Shown: positions 12,456-24,632, counted from the first letter of the stretch. The stretch is 64,000 nucleotides of DNA from Rhizaria sp. SCN 62-66 (GCA_001724265.1 MEDY01000083.1:1-64000), one strand, 5' to 3'. A program made the numbers and translations. The notes: a model not told the origin generated them from the letters alone.

Positions 12456-15400
12456 TTAGACAGTGGAGAGAATGGCTTTGAGAACCCTGACAACGTCCTT
12501 CGCGGCAGACGTAAGGCCGCCATCGAACCCGCCACAGTCGCTGACAGCAGAGCCAGAGCTGCTCGGGGGAACAGCGACGCCCCACAGCACGCGCATGTCG
12601 ACACTCAAGGCCGACACACTGCTGCCGTCGTCAGTCATGCTCCGAGTGCTCCAGTGACCACCGCCACTCCCGCTTACATTGTGAGCAGGCGTGGCAGCGT
12701 TAACATGGTTCGCCGCGTGCAGCGCTGTGACGGCGGTGGTTGCCAGCGCGAGCGCCGCCCCCGCTGCGGCCGCGGCGCGCTGCGACATGGCGTTGGCGAC
12801 CGCATCGGCCGCCTGTGCAACCGCAAGCGCCGCGCCGGCTGCAGCGTTGCCGTCGCTAATGTTGTTGAGACTGCTGCTCATGCTCGCGATGCTGGTGTGT
12901 GCGAGAACCATTGCGCTGTGTAGATACGCGCCGGCCGCAGCAGAGACGTGCGACAGAGCGTCGCACTGGTCACTAACAGAGTTATTAAGAGCGGCAGCAG
13001 CGGGAGCAGGAGCAGCAGCAGCGGTCGAAGTGTAGGCGGTGACGGCCTTCGTGGCACGGAGCCTCGCGCGCACGTCGCTAACAGTGCACGCGACGCCGCC
13101 ACTCAAATTGCTATTTGTGGCGCCCGCGTTCGCGGAGAGCAAAGTCAGCCAGAGAGCCTTCCGGCGCACGGCGTGCGACAAGCAACGCAGGCCGACGACG
13201 ACGGCAACGGATGCCACCGCGCCCGCCACCGCCGCCGCCGCAGCCTCAGCATCAACACCTGCCTGCGGCGACAGCGACGGCGCCTGCGACTGCGTCTGGG
13301 CCTGGGACTGGGAGAGAGGCAGAGTCAACCAGGCGGTGGCCGTGGTGCGGAAGGGGTCGTGACGAGCCCATGGGCCGGGCTCAAGGCCGCCGCTGATACC
13401 GGCGCAGTCCAGAGACCCGCTGAACACACTGTTGCCAACGCCGAGAACATTGCTAACCGCACCATTGTTGCCACTATTGTGATTGTTAATAGAAATAGCA
13501 GAGGCAAGCGAGACTGTAGCGGGTGCGGTAGCCAGCGCGGCGCGCACGATGGCGGCCGCGGCGGCCTCGGCCTCAGCGTCGCGCACGTAGATCGCCAGCA
13601 GGTCGCAGAGCCTGTGCAGGGATGTGAGCACGTCGGGCGAATATAGCGACGCAATATCGACGAGACTGACGGCGCTGACACTGTTGCCGCTGCTGCTGCT
13701 CGCGCGAGTAAACGGGGGCAGCGGGATCGAGAGCAGCGTTGCGGGCAGCGGCAGTGGCGGCGGGTTAGCGGCAGCAAGAGGGACAGGCGGCTGGGAGCTC
13801 TGTTGCTGCTTGCAATTGTCGCAACTCTTGTTGATGCTGCTACTTGAGCTGGAACTGTTGTTGTTCTTATTCGTGCTCCCAGACACACTCTTGTTATTAT
13901 CGCGGTTGTCGTTCTTGCTGTTAGCGCTACTGTACTTGCTGCTGTCGTCGTAGTCGTCCTGATCATCGTTGTCAAACAGGTCGTGGAGCACTTCAGCTAC
14001 GCCACTGCTGCTGCGACTAAAGCCGCTCGAAACAGCGCTCGCGTGAGCATCGTCGTCGCGCATACGCACAGGAGCGGGAGTCGCAGTCTTGTTCGAATTG
14101 GCACGAGCACTCGCAGACGCAGCATTCGAAGCGGTATTGTGAGTCTTGATGTTTTGGGCGTTGTTCGCGGAGGCTTGCGCAGCTGCAGCCGCGGCAGCAG
14201 CAACGACATCGGCCGCAGTGGCGGGAGCGGCGGCCGCGGCGGCAGCGGCGGCTGTAGACGCCGCCTTGCGCGGGCTCGTCCGCAGCGGCAACGTGCTGGC
14301 GCGAGCAGCACTTGCACTGGCACTCGGCTGGCTGGAAGGGGGACTAACGTGACTCGAAACAGCAGCGCGAGCAGAGTTGACAGCAGCAACTGCAGCAGTA
14401 GCTTTGGTCGCGTTGCTGGCGCCGGGATTTGCGATGCTATCTTTGCTCTGAATAGCACGAGTAGAAATGGTTTTAACAGCTGCCACTGCCGGGGTTGCGG
14501 GAGCCTGCGCCTGTCGCGTCGCCTTCGTCGCCGCGATCGCCTTGAGCGTGGCCGAGAGCTGTCCATCAAGCATGAAGTTGCACATGTCTTCGATGCTCGC
14601 GTTGTGCGAGGGTCGTGGGGGCGCGCTTGCACTGGCTGCGTCTGCACTGCTTGCGCCCTGTTGTTGCTGCTGCTGTTGCTGTTGCTGCAGAAGTTGCGCC
14701 TGCTGCTGCTGCAGCTTGCGCCTGCGCTCCTGAGCCGCGATTTCGTCAGGAGAGTACAGAGACCATTCAGGACCGCCGCTGCCGCTGCTGCTGCTGCTGA
14801 TGTTACTGCTACTGCTGGTAGCGCCAGTACTCGCGCTGCTCGTCACACTTCCTCTGGTTACCGCGGCACTGCCGGTTGCGCCACTGCTTTTACTGGCACT
14901 GGCACTGGCGCTGGCACTGGGACTCGTGGTGCTGCGAGTCGTAATGCCTGCGTGTGCGAGAGAGCTGGAACGAGACACAGGGCTGGTATTATTGGCAATC
15001 TTAGTCGCGCTCGCGCTCGCTGTCACGGCTGCTGCCTGGATCGTGGACGCAAAGGGATCGGCGTTCGAAGCGGCAGCGCCGAAGCCAGGAACGCTCTGAG
15101 GAGCTGAGCCGTTGTGACTCCGGTCACCGGTGCGTTGATCACGGTCATAGCGGTTCGAGTTACTCCTGTTATTCATGTTATTGCTATTGTTGTTGCTATA
15201 GCTATTCGCATGAGCGTAGTTGTTGCCATTGCCAGTTGCAGTGCTAATGTTATTGTTATTGTTACTCGGGCGATACGCTGAGTGACTACTGCTCTTGTTT
15301 GAGTTGTTATTGCCATTCGGACGGATAGGACGTCCCCACGAGTTGTTTGGGTTCATACCTGTCTGCGACGCACTCGTGTTGCTCCTGTTGCTCGTGCGGT

Positions 15401-16073
15401 CACGCTCCCAGTCCCTGTCGCGCTCATGGTCGCTGCGGTCACGAGTGCCGTAGGTACTGTTGCTGTTGCCGTTGCTGCGGACACGGGCGCGGTTGTCACC
15501 GCGCTCACGGTCGCTGCGGTCGCGCTGAGACCGATGAAACTGCGACTGAGAATAATGACGCGGCGGCGACCGAGACTGTGACCGTGACCGAGACCGTGAG
15601 CGAGAGCGAGAGCGTGAATTCGAGCGGCCAGACGACCGCCTCGAATACCGCCGAGGCGAGCGCGAGCGCGAGCGTGAGCGCGCCGGCGAACGTTTCGGGG
15701 AACGAGAGCGTTTCGACGAGTGCGAGCGCCTCGGTGAACGAGAGCGCGAGCGCGAACCAGCAGGGGACCTGGGCTTTGGAGAGCGCGTGCGGGCCGGAGA
15801 GCGCGCGCGCGTCGGGGAACGCACAGCAATTGTGGTCCGCTTAGGAGAGCGCGAGCGGGAACGCGAGTGGGCGCGCTGTGAGGACCGCTGCAGCTGCTGT
15901 TCTGACTGCTTTTGCTCAGTGGCTGCGCTGTCACTCGCAGCTGGTGAGGAATCGGAGTAGACCCCCTTGATCTCCTTGGCCTCCTGAGTGGGAGCGATGT
16001 AAGTGGCGCGCATCGGGAGTGCGGTAGCAGTCGCGCGACAAGGGGAGGCGCGGCGCGCCGGGGATGCTGACAT
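12456..16073 (-). CDS. Uncharacterised ~1,205-aa low-complexity protein with an N-terminal RS/RSP-rich region
   Basis: Uninterrupted GC-rich ORF between AT-rich spacers, with RSRSRSP repeats, Asn/Ser/Ala/Gln tracts and stop TAA. No globular domain recognised. Confidence 0.75.
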   Translation of the reverse strand: MSASPARRASPCRATATALPMRATYIAPTQEAKEIKGVYSDSSPAASDSAATEQKQSEQQLQRSSQRAHSRSRSRSPKRTTIAVRSPTRARSPARTRSPKPRSPAGSRSRSRSPRRSHSSKRSRSPKRSPARSRSRSRSPRRYSRRSSGRSNSRSRSRSRSRSRSQSRSPPRHYSQSQFHRSQRDRSDRERGDNRARVRSNGNSNSTYGTRDRSDHERDRDWERDRTSNRSNTSASQTGMNPNNSWGRPIRPNGNNNSNKSSSHSAYRPSNNNNNISTATGNGNNYAHANSYSNNNSNNMNNRSNSNRYDRDQRTGDRSHNGSAPQSVPGFGAAASNADPFASTIQAAAVTASASATKIANNTSPVSRSSSLAHAGITTRSTTSPSASASASASKSSGATGSAAVTRGSVTSSASTGATSSSSNISSSSSGSGGPEWSLYSPDEIAAQERRRKLQQQQAQLLQQQQQQQQQQGASSADAASASAPPRPSHNASIEDMCNFMLDGQLSATLKAIAATKATRQAQAPATPAVAAVKTISTRAIQSKDSIANPGASNATKATAAVAAVNSARAAVSSHVSPPSSQPSASASAARASTLPLRTSPRKAASTAAAAAAAAAPATAADVVAAAAAAAAQASANNAQNIKTHNTASNAASASARANSNKTATPAPVRMRDDDAHASAVSSGFSRSSSGVAEVLHDLFDNDDQDDYDDSSKYSSANSKNDNRDNNKSVSGSTNKNNNSSSSSSSINKSCDNCKQQQSSQPPVPLAAANPPPLPLPATLLSIPLPPFTRASSSSGNSVSAVSLVDIASLYSPDVLTSLHRLCDLLAIYVRDAEAEAAAAAIVRAALATAPATVSLASAISINNHNSGNNGAVSNVLGVGNSVFSGSLDCAGISGGLEPGPWARHDPFRTTATAWLTLPLSQSQAQTQSQAPSLSPQAGVDAEAAAAAVAGAVASVAVVVGLRCLSHAVRRKALWLTLLSANAGATNSNLSGGVACTVSDVRARLRATKAVTAYTSTAAAAPAPAAAALNNSVSDQCDALSHVSAAAGAYLHSAMVLAHTSIASMSSSLNNISDGNAAAGAALAVAQAADAVANAMSQRAAAAAGAALALATTAVTALHAANHVNAATPAHNVSGSGGGHWSTRSMTDDGSSVSALSVDMRVLWGVAVPPSSSGSAVSDCGGFDGGLTSAAKDVVRVLKAILSTV

Positions 16074-16627
16074 CAAGTCAAGCTGAGCAGAGCAGAGACG
16101 CTCCTTGAGTTAAGAAGAGCTTGCAGAGTGAAATCAGTCGAAAACAAAGTTGCTCGGGTCGGTGCTATGCAAGTTCTGAACAAATAATATAACAAAGACT
16201 GAAAAATTGGCTCAAATTTATCGTCGGATCGAATGAAAAATGACTGTTTTACAGAGAATACACGTCACTGCAAATGCTGATAAACAATGCTCAATGAAGC
16301 GCGAAGCGAGAGTGACTGACACGAGCCGAGCTTTTTTGCGAACCGTGGCCGACCAAAATGGGAGTCTTCGAAGCAACCGTTTCTTCATCGTGAACTATCT
16401 CAGCTCCGGGCTTGGGATCGCCAAACGTCGCTAATTCTTCTTTGCTCGTATTGTTCGCTTAATAATTATTCTAAACATTACTTTGGTTTCGCGTCTCACG
16501 ACTTTCCTGCCCCACACTGCGTGCCTCTATTCCGACTCTCGCCGACCTCCTGCAGGCTACCAACAAGACACCACAAAGTCAACGTTTCCCCGCCGCCTCC
16601 ACCACTTTTCGTTCTGCTTTTAGCACC

Positions 16628-19367
16628 ATGTCCTCGCAAGTGGTGGCTGTGACCCAGCTCCGGCAGGGTTTTTCCACCACTCGTCCCCTCGACCGACACT
16701 ATGACCCGGTCTACACGACCTCGAAGACTCGCGGCGGCGGTGGCGCCCAGCAGCAGGCCGCCTACGCCTCGAACGCCGCCCACGCCGCGACCATCCGCTC
16801 GCACCCGGGCCCCGATGTCTCCGGCGCTGCCCCGGCCACGTCGTCGGCCGTCATCGGCGCCGGTGCCGTCGCCACGATGCGCCCCGCCCCGCCGTCCTCT
16901 TCAAACACTGCCAACGCGTCCGTCTCGGCCAGCTCCAGCTCTGCGGCGTCGGCATCTGTGGCGGCCGCGATGGAGGGCGACGCGCGCGTGATCCGCGGCG
17001 CGCACCGGTTTAAGTTCCACACGCGTCCCGTGATGCCCTACATGAACGCGATCCCCGCCGAGGTTCTGCTCTCCCCCGAGGCCATCGCCGCCGCCGCCGA
17101 GGCTGAGGCGCAGCTCGCCAACGCCAACGCCGACGCCGGCGCTGCCGCGGGTGGCGCGGTCGACACGGAGGCGCAGAGCAAGTCTGTGGGCGTGCAAACC
17201 GTGTACCGCGAGTCGCAAACGCAGACCCTGCCATACACGCCCGACTACATCACGGCGCCGGGCCAGGCCGACCCCGAGGTGCTGTCCATCGCGCACCTCA
17301 AGTGGGGCGCGGGGCTGCCCGCCGGGCTGGAGGAGGTACAACTGATCCAGAAGCTGCGCGAGAAGCGCGCGTTTGAGGCGTCGCTTCCGACGGGCACGGA
17401 CGAGGCGTCGCTGCAGCAGCGCAAGCGGATGCTGGAGCAGCGCGAGCTGCAGGAGTGGGCGACGCGTGAGGAGGAGATGCGCGAGGAGCAGGAGGCGCGG
17501 CTGCGTGTGCTGATTGACACGCTGCAGGCGCGCGAGGAAAAGGCTGCGCTGCTGAGCGAGGCGCGCGTCGACGCCATCCGCGGCGAGGCGGTGCGTGCGC
17601 GCGACGCCGCGCTCGAGAGCATCCATCGCGACCGGCTGAAGGCGCAGCGCGCGCTCAAGCACGGGCACGAGGCCGCGGACAAGAAGGAGAGCAACAAACA
17701 GAAGCGCGACATCATCACCGAGACGGCCGACTTCGGCTCCAAGGTGTACGCGCCCGCGACGCGCGAAGGCAAGATTCCTCCCCGCAACCAGGTCGTCGAC
17801 TACGGCATCCCGCTTATCAACAACTACCAGGGCCTCGTCGCGCTCGAAAGCACGCTGCGCACGCCTGCGCTCACCTCAGCTCCACAGGTACGTCACTATC
17901 TCTACTAATGACTCAGGACTCTGTTTCAAGATAACATTTTTAAACTGTCAAACACATCTCGAAACTCCCACGTATGTACTTCATCTTTGAACGTAACTCA
18001 CTCTCTGACTTGTTTCTTTTTTTCTTTGCTTCTGCCGCTCAGGAGATCGCCGCCCCCGCCGCGGGCTCGCTGGTGCCCTCGGACCGCGCAAGCGTCAAGG
18101 CCGTCGCAGACCTGGACTACCTCGACGCCGTGCTCTCGGGCACCGTCACCAACACGCGCGGGCCCCTCGCGGCCAACAAGTACCGCCGCTTTGAGCCTGT
18201 GGTGCGGCCAGCCCCGCAGACGGTCTCGGCGCCCGCCAACGAGGAGGTGACGCAGGCCGTGCTGCTGCTGCAGCGGCTGCTGCGCGGCCGCGCCGTGCAG
18301 GAGTCGATGCGGGCCTCGCGCGCGCGCTCGCAGCCGCTCATCAACGAGCTGCGGCTGCTCGAGTCCGCTGCGGGCGCCGCCGAGGCCAGCCAGCTCGACG
18401 CCGCCGCCGCTGCTCAGGTACGTGTCATCAACAAGGAGGAAGAAACAGCTCTATGTCGTGTAGATTGTGCAATGAGACAACGATATCGCGAGGATGTACT
18501 GTATTATGCTATCATTTTAGTATCGGTTAAATTATTAAACTCATCTACATCTCGCTCCAATGCATCACTCTCACATCCCAACTTTCACTTCATCTTCTTT
18601 GTTCGACCCTGATACAGGACGAGACTGAGCTTGCTGCCGCGGTGGACGCCGTTGAGGGCCACGTGCTCTCGTCCGCGCTGGACTTCCTCACCAAGGAGGT
18701 CGTGCGGCTCGTCGAGGAGCGCAAGGTGGTCACCTTTGCCTCTGCTGCCGCCGAGGCCCGGCGTGCGCGCGAGGCGGTCGAGGGCGGGCGGCGCCAGGCA
18801 GAGCACGTGCTGCATAAGAAGCGTGAGCAGCTGCTCGAGCAGGTCGTCACGGTGCACAAGGAGACGGCCGAGCGCTTCACCGAGCGCCTCCTCGCGGGCG
18901 CCGTGAGCAAGGTTACTGCGCAGGCCGCCGCGGGCGCTGTGGACGCCGCCGCGGCGCAGGAGCGCGCCGACAAGGACGAGCAGACGCAGCGCCGGCTCAA
19001 CGCCAAGGCCGCCGCCGCCGCCGCCGCCGCGCTCGCGCCCGAAGACGCCGCCGCCGAGCAAGAGGAAGAGGAGGAGGAGGATGACGAGGACTCGGCGCTG
19101 GTCGTGCGCGACCTGCTCTCGAACCTGGTGCTGCCTGAGGTCGTGCGCAAGCGTCTGGCGGCCGAGGAGGAGCTCGCCGGCCGGCGCCACCTCGCGGGCG
19201 CCAACGCTGCGATGGTCAGCGCCTTCATCGACGTCGCCAAGGCCACCGGCGCCGTGCCCAACGCCGCCGCGGGCCCCCACGGCGGGCGGCTGACGGTGCC
19301 TGTGCCCGTGCCAGATCACCAGGCCGTGCTCGCGGAGCAGTTGCAGCAGCAAGAGCGGCACCAGTAA
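16628..19367 (+). CDS. CFAP91: Cilia- and flagella-associated protein 91 (MAATS1/AAT1-like), 3 exons
   Basis: Exons 16628-17887, 18043-18417, 18618-19367. Motifs YDPVYT, GVQTVYRESQTQTLPYTPDY, LKWGAGLPAGLEEV, DFGSKVYAP, LQRLLRGRAVQ, LDFLTKEVVRL. Stop TAA. Confidence 0.9.
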
Positions 19368-19765
19368 GTAAGTGCGTTGGACATAATATTATTGTCCAAT
19401 AACAGCAACAAATGAGACAACAAAGTCATGACTCTGTTTTTGACGTGTGTTGTTGTTGGTGGTGTCTGCTATGTACATGTACTGCGTTTCTCTTCTCCTA
19501 CCTAGTCTTTTCGTGTCTCTATTTTCGATATCTTGTTTGTTTGAACACCAACAGCAAATGTCAGTCACATGTTCTTTGCACAGTGATTACTGCATTTGTT
19601 TCTAATAACGTTTGTAGAATATAACAACAAATATACACATTTCTAGTATGTCTTTTATCAGATAATTGCATGTATTCTCCGAATTTCGGTTAAACTATGA
19701 TAAAACTACTACGTAAACTGGTATGAACTCTAATGTTGACTCGTCGATGCTTTTGCTTCGTATTC

Positions 19766-21655
19766 TTACGACAGCGGCTTGAACTGCTTTGCGTTGAGCA
19801 TCAGCGCTGCGCGCGCGGCAGCCCTCTGCTCTTTGCCCTTCTCCTCGGAATTCGCGTCTGTCTCGGCCAGGAAGCTCTGCTGCGCGAGGTAGCCGTTCTT
19901 GGACTGCTTCTGCAGCTCTGCCGCGTCGCCCTCGGTGTCCTTGTCGATCTCCCAGTCGAGGCGCGTCTTGGACAGCGTCGACAGCGCCTTCTTGCCGCCG
20001 ATTTCGTCCAGCAGCGTCGCCAGACTGTCCTTGCTGCGCTCGCGCTGCTTGGCGAGCTTGGCGGCGTAGGCCCGTTCCTCCTTGGAGCCGACCTGCAGCA
20101 CGCGCTGTACCTGCGTCTTCTGGCCCGCGAACTCGACCGTCTCGGTCACGATCACCTTGGAGATGTCGCTCGCGGCCGTCACGCCGCCGATGTCGTCGCT
20201 CGCGCTTGCGCTCGCACTCGCACTGTCAATACCCGCGCCTGCGCTCGCGCTCACGCTGGAGCTGGAGCTGGAGCTGGAGCTGGAGCTGGAGCTGGAGCTG
20301 GAGCTGGAGCTAGAGTTGGCGTCGGCGCTGGTCGCTTTGGCGACGAGATCGGCAACGGTGGGGCCACGCGCCCACCAGTCGCCGTTCACATCACTCTTCA
20401 CACTCGCGCTCGCATTCGCACTCGAGTTCTTGCCATTAGACTTGCTCTGCTTCGCTTTTTTGGGAACCGCGCTTTTATCGAGCAGACCTAGCGACACGAG
20501 CACGGCGGCGGCGTCAGCGTCCAGCTCGACGTCAGCCTCAGTATCATGAGCATTCGCACTCGTACTCGCGCTCGCACTGCTAGAGTTGGCTTTGTTCGAA
20601 GACGCTAAGCGCGATCGCTTGCTGCTGTTAATGCTGTTGTTACTGTTAATCCGACTGACGTCGTCGTCGCCACTGCTTTGTCGCAAAAGCGCATCCAGGT
20701 CGAGCGCGCCGTCAATGCGCTCCTCCGCGGCCGCCGAGGAGGTCGTGGCGGAGCTAAACACGGGCGCGAAGCCGGCGGGCAGAGGACCCGACACGAAGTC
20801 GTCGCGGCCGCCGTAGCCGAACGGGGCCGCGGTGCCGCCAGCGGCGCGAGAGCTAGAGCTAGAGCCTGGAGAGCCTGCAGAGCTGTCGGTGGTCGTGAGG
20901 AGAGTGGTGGGCATTGCGGGGAGCAGGGACGACTCGGCGGCCGTCATGACGACGCCGTAGCTGCTGCTGACGGTGCTTGCGAGCGCTGGAGCTGCAGCAG
21001 CGTCTGCGGCACTTGATGCAGAAGCGCTCGCAGGCGCAGCCGCAGCAGGGGTAGCAGAGGCAGAGCTTGCGCTGGCATTGGTCTTGATGGCAGCGCTACT
21101 GCTGTTGCTCCTGCTACTGCTGGAGGTCGCCGTGTTCGTGTTGTTTGTGTTGGCGACGGCTTGCGGCGGGGCAACCTTGGGGCCGATTGCATTTGCGGCA
21201 GGAACAGCAGCAGCAGCAGCAGCAGCAGCAGTCTTGGTAGACTTGGGAGCCGCAGCCTTCGTCACAGGCGCAGGTGCGGGCGTGGGCGCAGCAGCAGCAG
21301 CAACAGCAACAGCAGGAGCAGGAGCAGGAGCAAGAGCAGCGGGAGCGGCAGCAGCGGCGGCGGCGGCGGCAGCGGCCTTCTTCTTCATGTAGGCTGCAGC
21401 CGAGTATACGTCCTCGTCGTCGTCGTCGCTGATGACCTGAGCACCCACGCGTGGCACGCCCTTGGCGCGCTTCTTGCCGGCGGCCAGGGTCTCGGCGGCG
21501 CCGCGGTTGACGAAGCCGCCTGTGGCATCCTTGAGCTGCTTGGCCTTGGCCCGCTTCTCCTCCTCATCTTCAGATAGAACGTAGTCCTCGTCCTGGTCGC
21601 TGTTGTAGCCCGTAAAGTCGGCGTCGAGGATGCCTTTCTCCTCTTTCTTGCTCAT
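19766..21655 (-). CDS. CFDP1: BCNT-C domain protein (CFDP1/Swc5 family), single exon
   Basis: Acidic N-terminus (SDQDEDY). C-terminal ETVEFAGQ...LSTLSKTRLDW...KNGYLAQQSFL matches the BCNT-C consensus. Stop TAA. Confidence 0.88.
   Translation of the reverse strand: MSKKEEKGILDADFTGYNSDQDEDYVLSEDEEEKRAKAKQLKDATGGFVNRGAAETLAAGKKRAKGVPRVGAQVISDDDDEDVYSAAAYMKKKAAAAAAAAAAAPAALAPAPAPAVAVAAAAAPTPAPAPVTKAAAPKSTKTAAAAAAAAVPAANAIGPKVAPPQAVANTNNTNTATSSSSRSNSSSAAIKTNASASSASATPAAAAPASASASSAADAAAAPALASTVSSSYGVVMTAAESSLLPAMPTTLLTTTDSSAGSPGSSSSSRAAGGTAAPFGYGGRDDFVSGPLPAGFAPVFSSATTSSAAAEERIDGALDLDALLRQSSGDDDVSRINSNNSINSSKRSRLASSNKANSSSASASTSANAHDTEADVELDADAAAVLVSLGLLDKSAVPKKAKQSKSNGKNSSANASASVKSDVNGDWWARGPTVADLVAKATSADANSSSSSSSSSSSSSSSSSSSSVSASAGAGIDSASASASASDDIGGVTAASDISKVIVTETVEFAGQKTQVQRVLQVGSKEERAYAAKLAKQRERSKDSLATLLDEIGGKKALSTLSKTRLDWEIDKDTEGDAAELQKQSKNGYLAQQSFLAETDANSEEKGKEQRAAARAALMLNAKQFKPLS
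20255..20311 (+). repeat. (GCTGGA)n hexamer tandem repeat (~9.5 copies), encoding poly-Ser in CFDP1
   Basis: Read directly; reads TCC AGC repeats on the minus strand. Confidence 0.92.
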
Positions 21656-22263
21656 TTGTGTGCTGAAAGACAGGCGTCTGCGAGGGGAAAAAGTGGTTGA
21701 GGGGGCGAAAGAGGTCAGGATATGGGTGTGAGAAATGGTTGATATAACAGCCGTACGTGCGAGTCTCGAAGCATCAATTAAAAGGTATAACTAAATTTGC
21801 ACTGCAAATCCGAGATGGGGGCTTAGATATTTCCTGCTCGACCAGAAGTTGTCGATCAGAGAATTTTCTTTATACCCCTCGGTCAGCATGTTCGGCAAGT
21901 CGGGTTCGCGAAAAAAATTCGAAATCGTGACCGGACGCCACAGCAGTAAGCAAGGGCCAACGGCCTCCACTCAAAGGGGGCTTCTTCGTTGCCTGTTATT
22001 GGCCTGGTATCTGGGTGAATAGTCCTCATATTGGTTGATTATAGCTATCCGCTTCTGGTTTTGTACGAATAGCAAAACCAATATTGCGTGCCGCGCGATA
22101 ACAACGCCCAATTTGTCGGTCAAACTTTTTGTTCCGACTTGGCGAAATCAAAATCTCTCATCGCTTTGCAATCGACCCATTGACCCACTAACCGTGACTG
22201 TTTCTCGCTGCGAACTCACTTTTACAAAACTATACAATCTCTTATTTTCTGTGCTATGTGTAG

Positions 22264-24619
22264 ATGTTCGCTCGCCGCGTTTCTAAGCTCTCCAAGACCG
22301 TCTCCACTGTGAGCGCTCGCGCCATGTCCTCTGGTACGTCCGAATCTTTACTCTCTTCCCGTGCCTTATGCCCCTCACAATCCCTCTATTATTGTACAAC
22401 GCTCCGAATATTATTCTCCCCGTGTGCATTTCTCTATGCTTCTTGGGTTTTTATTTCGAATGAAAGCCTTATTTATCGCTTCCTACGCCCACTTTTGCTT
22501 CTCGCTTTGGACCCTCCCTTTGCGCGCGCCTCCTTTATCACCTCTCATGTCGCGCTCTTGACCCACCTAACCCATCTCATTTGCCCTATTTGACCACTCA
22601 GGCGCTGAGCTCACTGGTGCCCAGATTACCCAGATGTGCAAGGAGACCAGCATCTACCCCTGGTCTGCCCAGGCCGCTGTCAACCCCATCCCCGTCGTCC
22701 GGTAAGTGACACTCAAACGCAATCTTACTCACTCCTTGACCGCCTTCCTCTCATGCTAGAAACCGCACCTGACGCTATGATGCTCTTATTGTGTAAATGA
22801 AACGTTTTCTGTGCTTTTATTCGCTTTTCTTGCTCATTTAAAACGCTAAAAACCAACTCTTGTTCCACTCTGCACCCCTGAAACCCCGCTTCTTATAGCG
22901 CTGACGGCATCTACTTCTGGGACGCCGACGGCAAGCGTTACACCGACTTCAACTCGCAGCTCATGTGCACCAACATCGGCCACAACAACCAGAAGGTGAT
23001 CAAGGCCATCCAGGACCAGGCCGCCGAGCTGGCCTTCGTGGCCCCGTCGTTCGCCACCAAGCCCCGCGCGCAGCTCGGCGAGATCCTTAAGACCGTCACG
23101 CCCCCTGGCCTCGACAAGTTCTTCTACACCCTCGGCGGCGCTGAGGCTGTTGAGAACGCTATCAAGTTCGCCCGCTTCCACACCGGTACGCTCAAAGCTT
23201 CTTATTTTAAACTAATGCCTCCTTCTTGTTCACAATTCTTATAGCACTTGACCACCGTGTTCTTCAATTGATCTTAACTTTATAAATATTCTAAATTAAT
23301 ATGTTCTTTTTGTTTTGTATACTTTTGTGATCTTTGTGTCCTTTAGGCAAGCACAAGATCATCACCCGCACGCGCTCGTACCACGGCGCGACGTACGCCG
23401 CCATCTCGCTCACGGGCGACTCGCGCCGCTGGGCCAACGAGCCTGGCATGTCGGGTATCGTCCGCGTCGATAACCCCTACATGTACCGCTCGTACATGAT
23501 GCGCGACGGCATGAGCGAGGAGGAGTTCTCCGCTGTGATGCTCGCCCAGCTCGAGGAGACCATCACCCAGGTACGCTACGTTTTCTATTTAACACGCATT
23601 TGAAGACCTTCATGACCCTGAATTTAAATGTGTATGCTCTTTATGCTTTATTTGAATTGAAACTCATTTTCCCTTTGTCTTTGTTCTTAAATCACTTTTG
23701 TTTAGGAGAACCCCGACAACATCGCGGCCATGATCCTCGAGCCCGTGACTGGCTCCAACGGCGTCATCATCCCCCCCAAGGGCTACCTCCAGGGCGTGCG
23801 CGCGATCTGCACTAAGTACAACATCGTAATGATCGCGGACGAGGTCATGGCGGGCTTCGGCCGCTGCGGCGAGTGGTTCTCCGTTGACCACTTCGGCGTC
23901 GTGCCCGACATTATCACCATGGCCAAGGGCATCACCTCGGCCTACACCCCGCTCGGCGCCGTTGCCATCAACAAGGACATTGCCAAGACGTTCGAGACCA
24001 AGCCCTTCGTCGGCGGCCTGACTTACAACTCCCACCCCCTCACCCTCGCCGCCGCCGTCGCCTGCATCCAGGTACGTCCTACGTGGATCAAAACAAGAAC
24101 CTTAGATACTGGATTCGACGACAAAAATTGTGATATATTTCGATTGAAGTATCCTAATGTTGTATCCAAATGTATTGTAGTATCTTTACATTTTAATTCT
24201 CACAAACACAATCTCTCTGTACTGTTCTCTTTGTGTCTGTCTTGCGAGCGCAGGTGTTCAAGGAGGAGAAGATCATCGAGAACACGCGCGCGATGGCGCC
24301 CGTGATGAAGCAGCTGCACGCCGAGCTCAAGGCCAAGCACAAGTCGATTGGCGACGCGCGCTCCATCGGCCTCTTCGGCTGCCTCGAGCTGGTCAAGAAC
24401 CGCAAGACGAAGGAGCCGATGTCTGTCAACGGCGGCCCCGTCGACCCCGCTGTCGGCAAGCTCGTCGCGCGCCTCCGCGAGAATGGCGTCTTTGCCATGG
24501 CGTTCGGCCACCTGCTGCTGACCAACCCCCCGCTGACGATCAACAAGAAGCAGCTCGAGGAGACGTTCGCCATCTTCGACGAGGCCCTCACCATCACCGA
24601 CGCCGCCTCCTCCGAGTAA
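22264..24619 (+). CDS. Class-III PLP-dependent aminotransferase with a likely mitochondrial presequence, 6 exons
   Basis: Exons 22264-22333, 22602-22701, 22899-23185, 23347-23570, 23706-24071, 24254-24619 join in frame. Motifs GIYFWD, GGAEAVENAIK, SYHGAT, ILEPV, IADEVMAGFGRCG, DIITMAKG (PLP Lys). N-terminus MFARRVSKLSKTVSTVSARAMSS. Stop TAA. Confidence 0.93.
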
Positions 24620-24632
24620 GCGCGCCGGCCTG

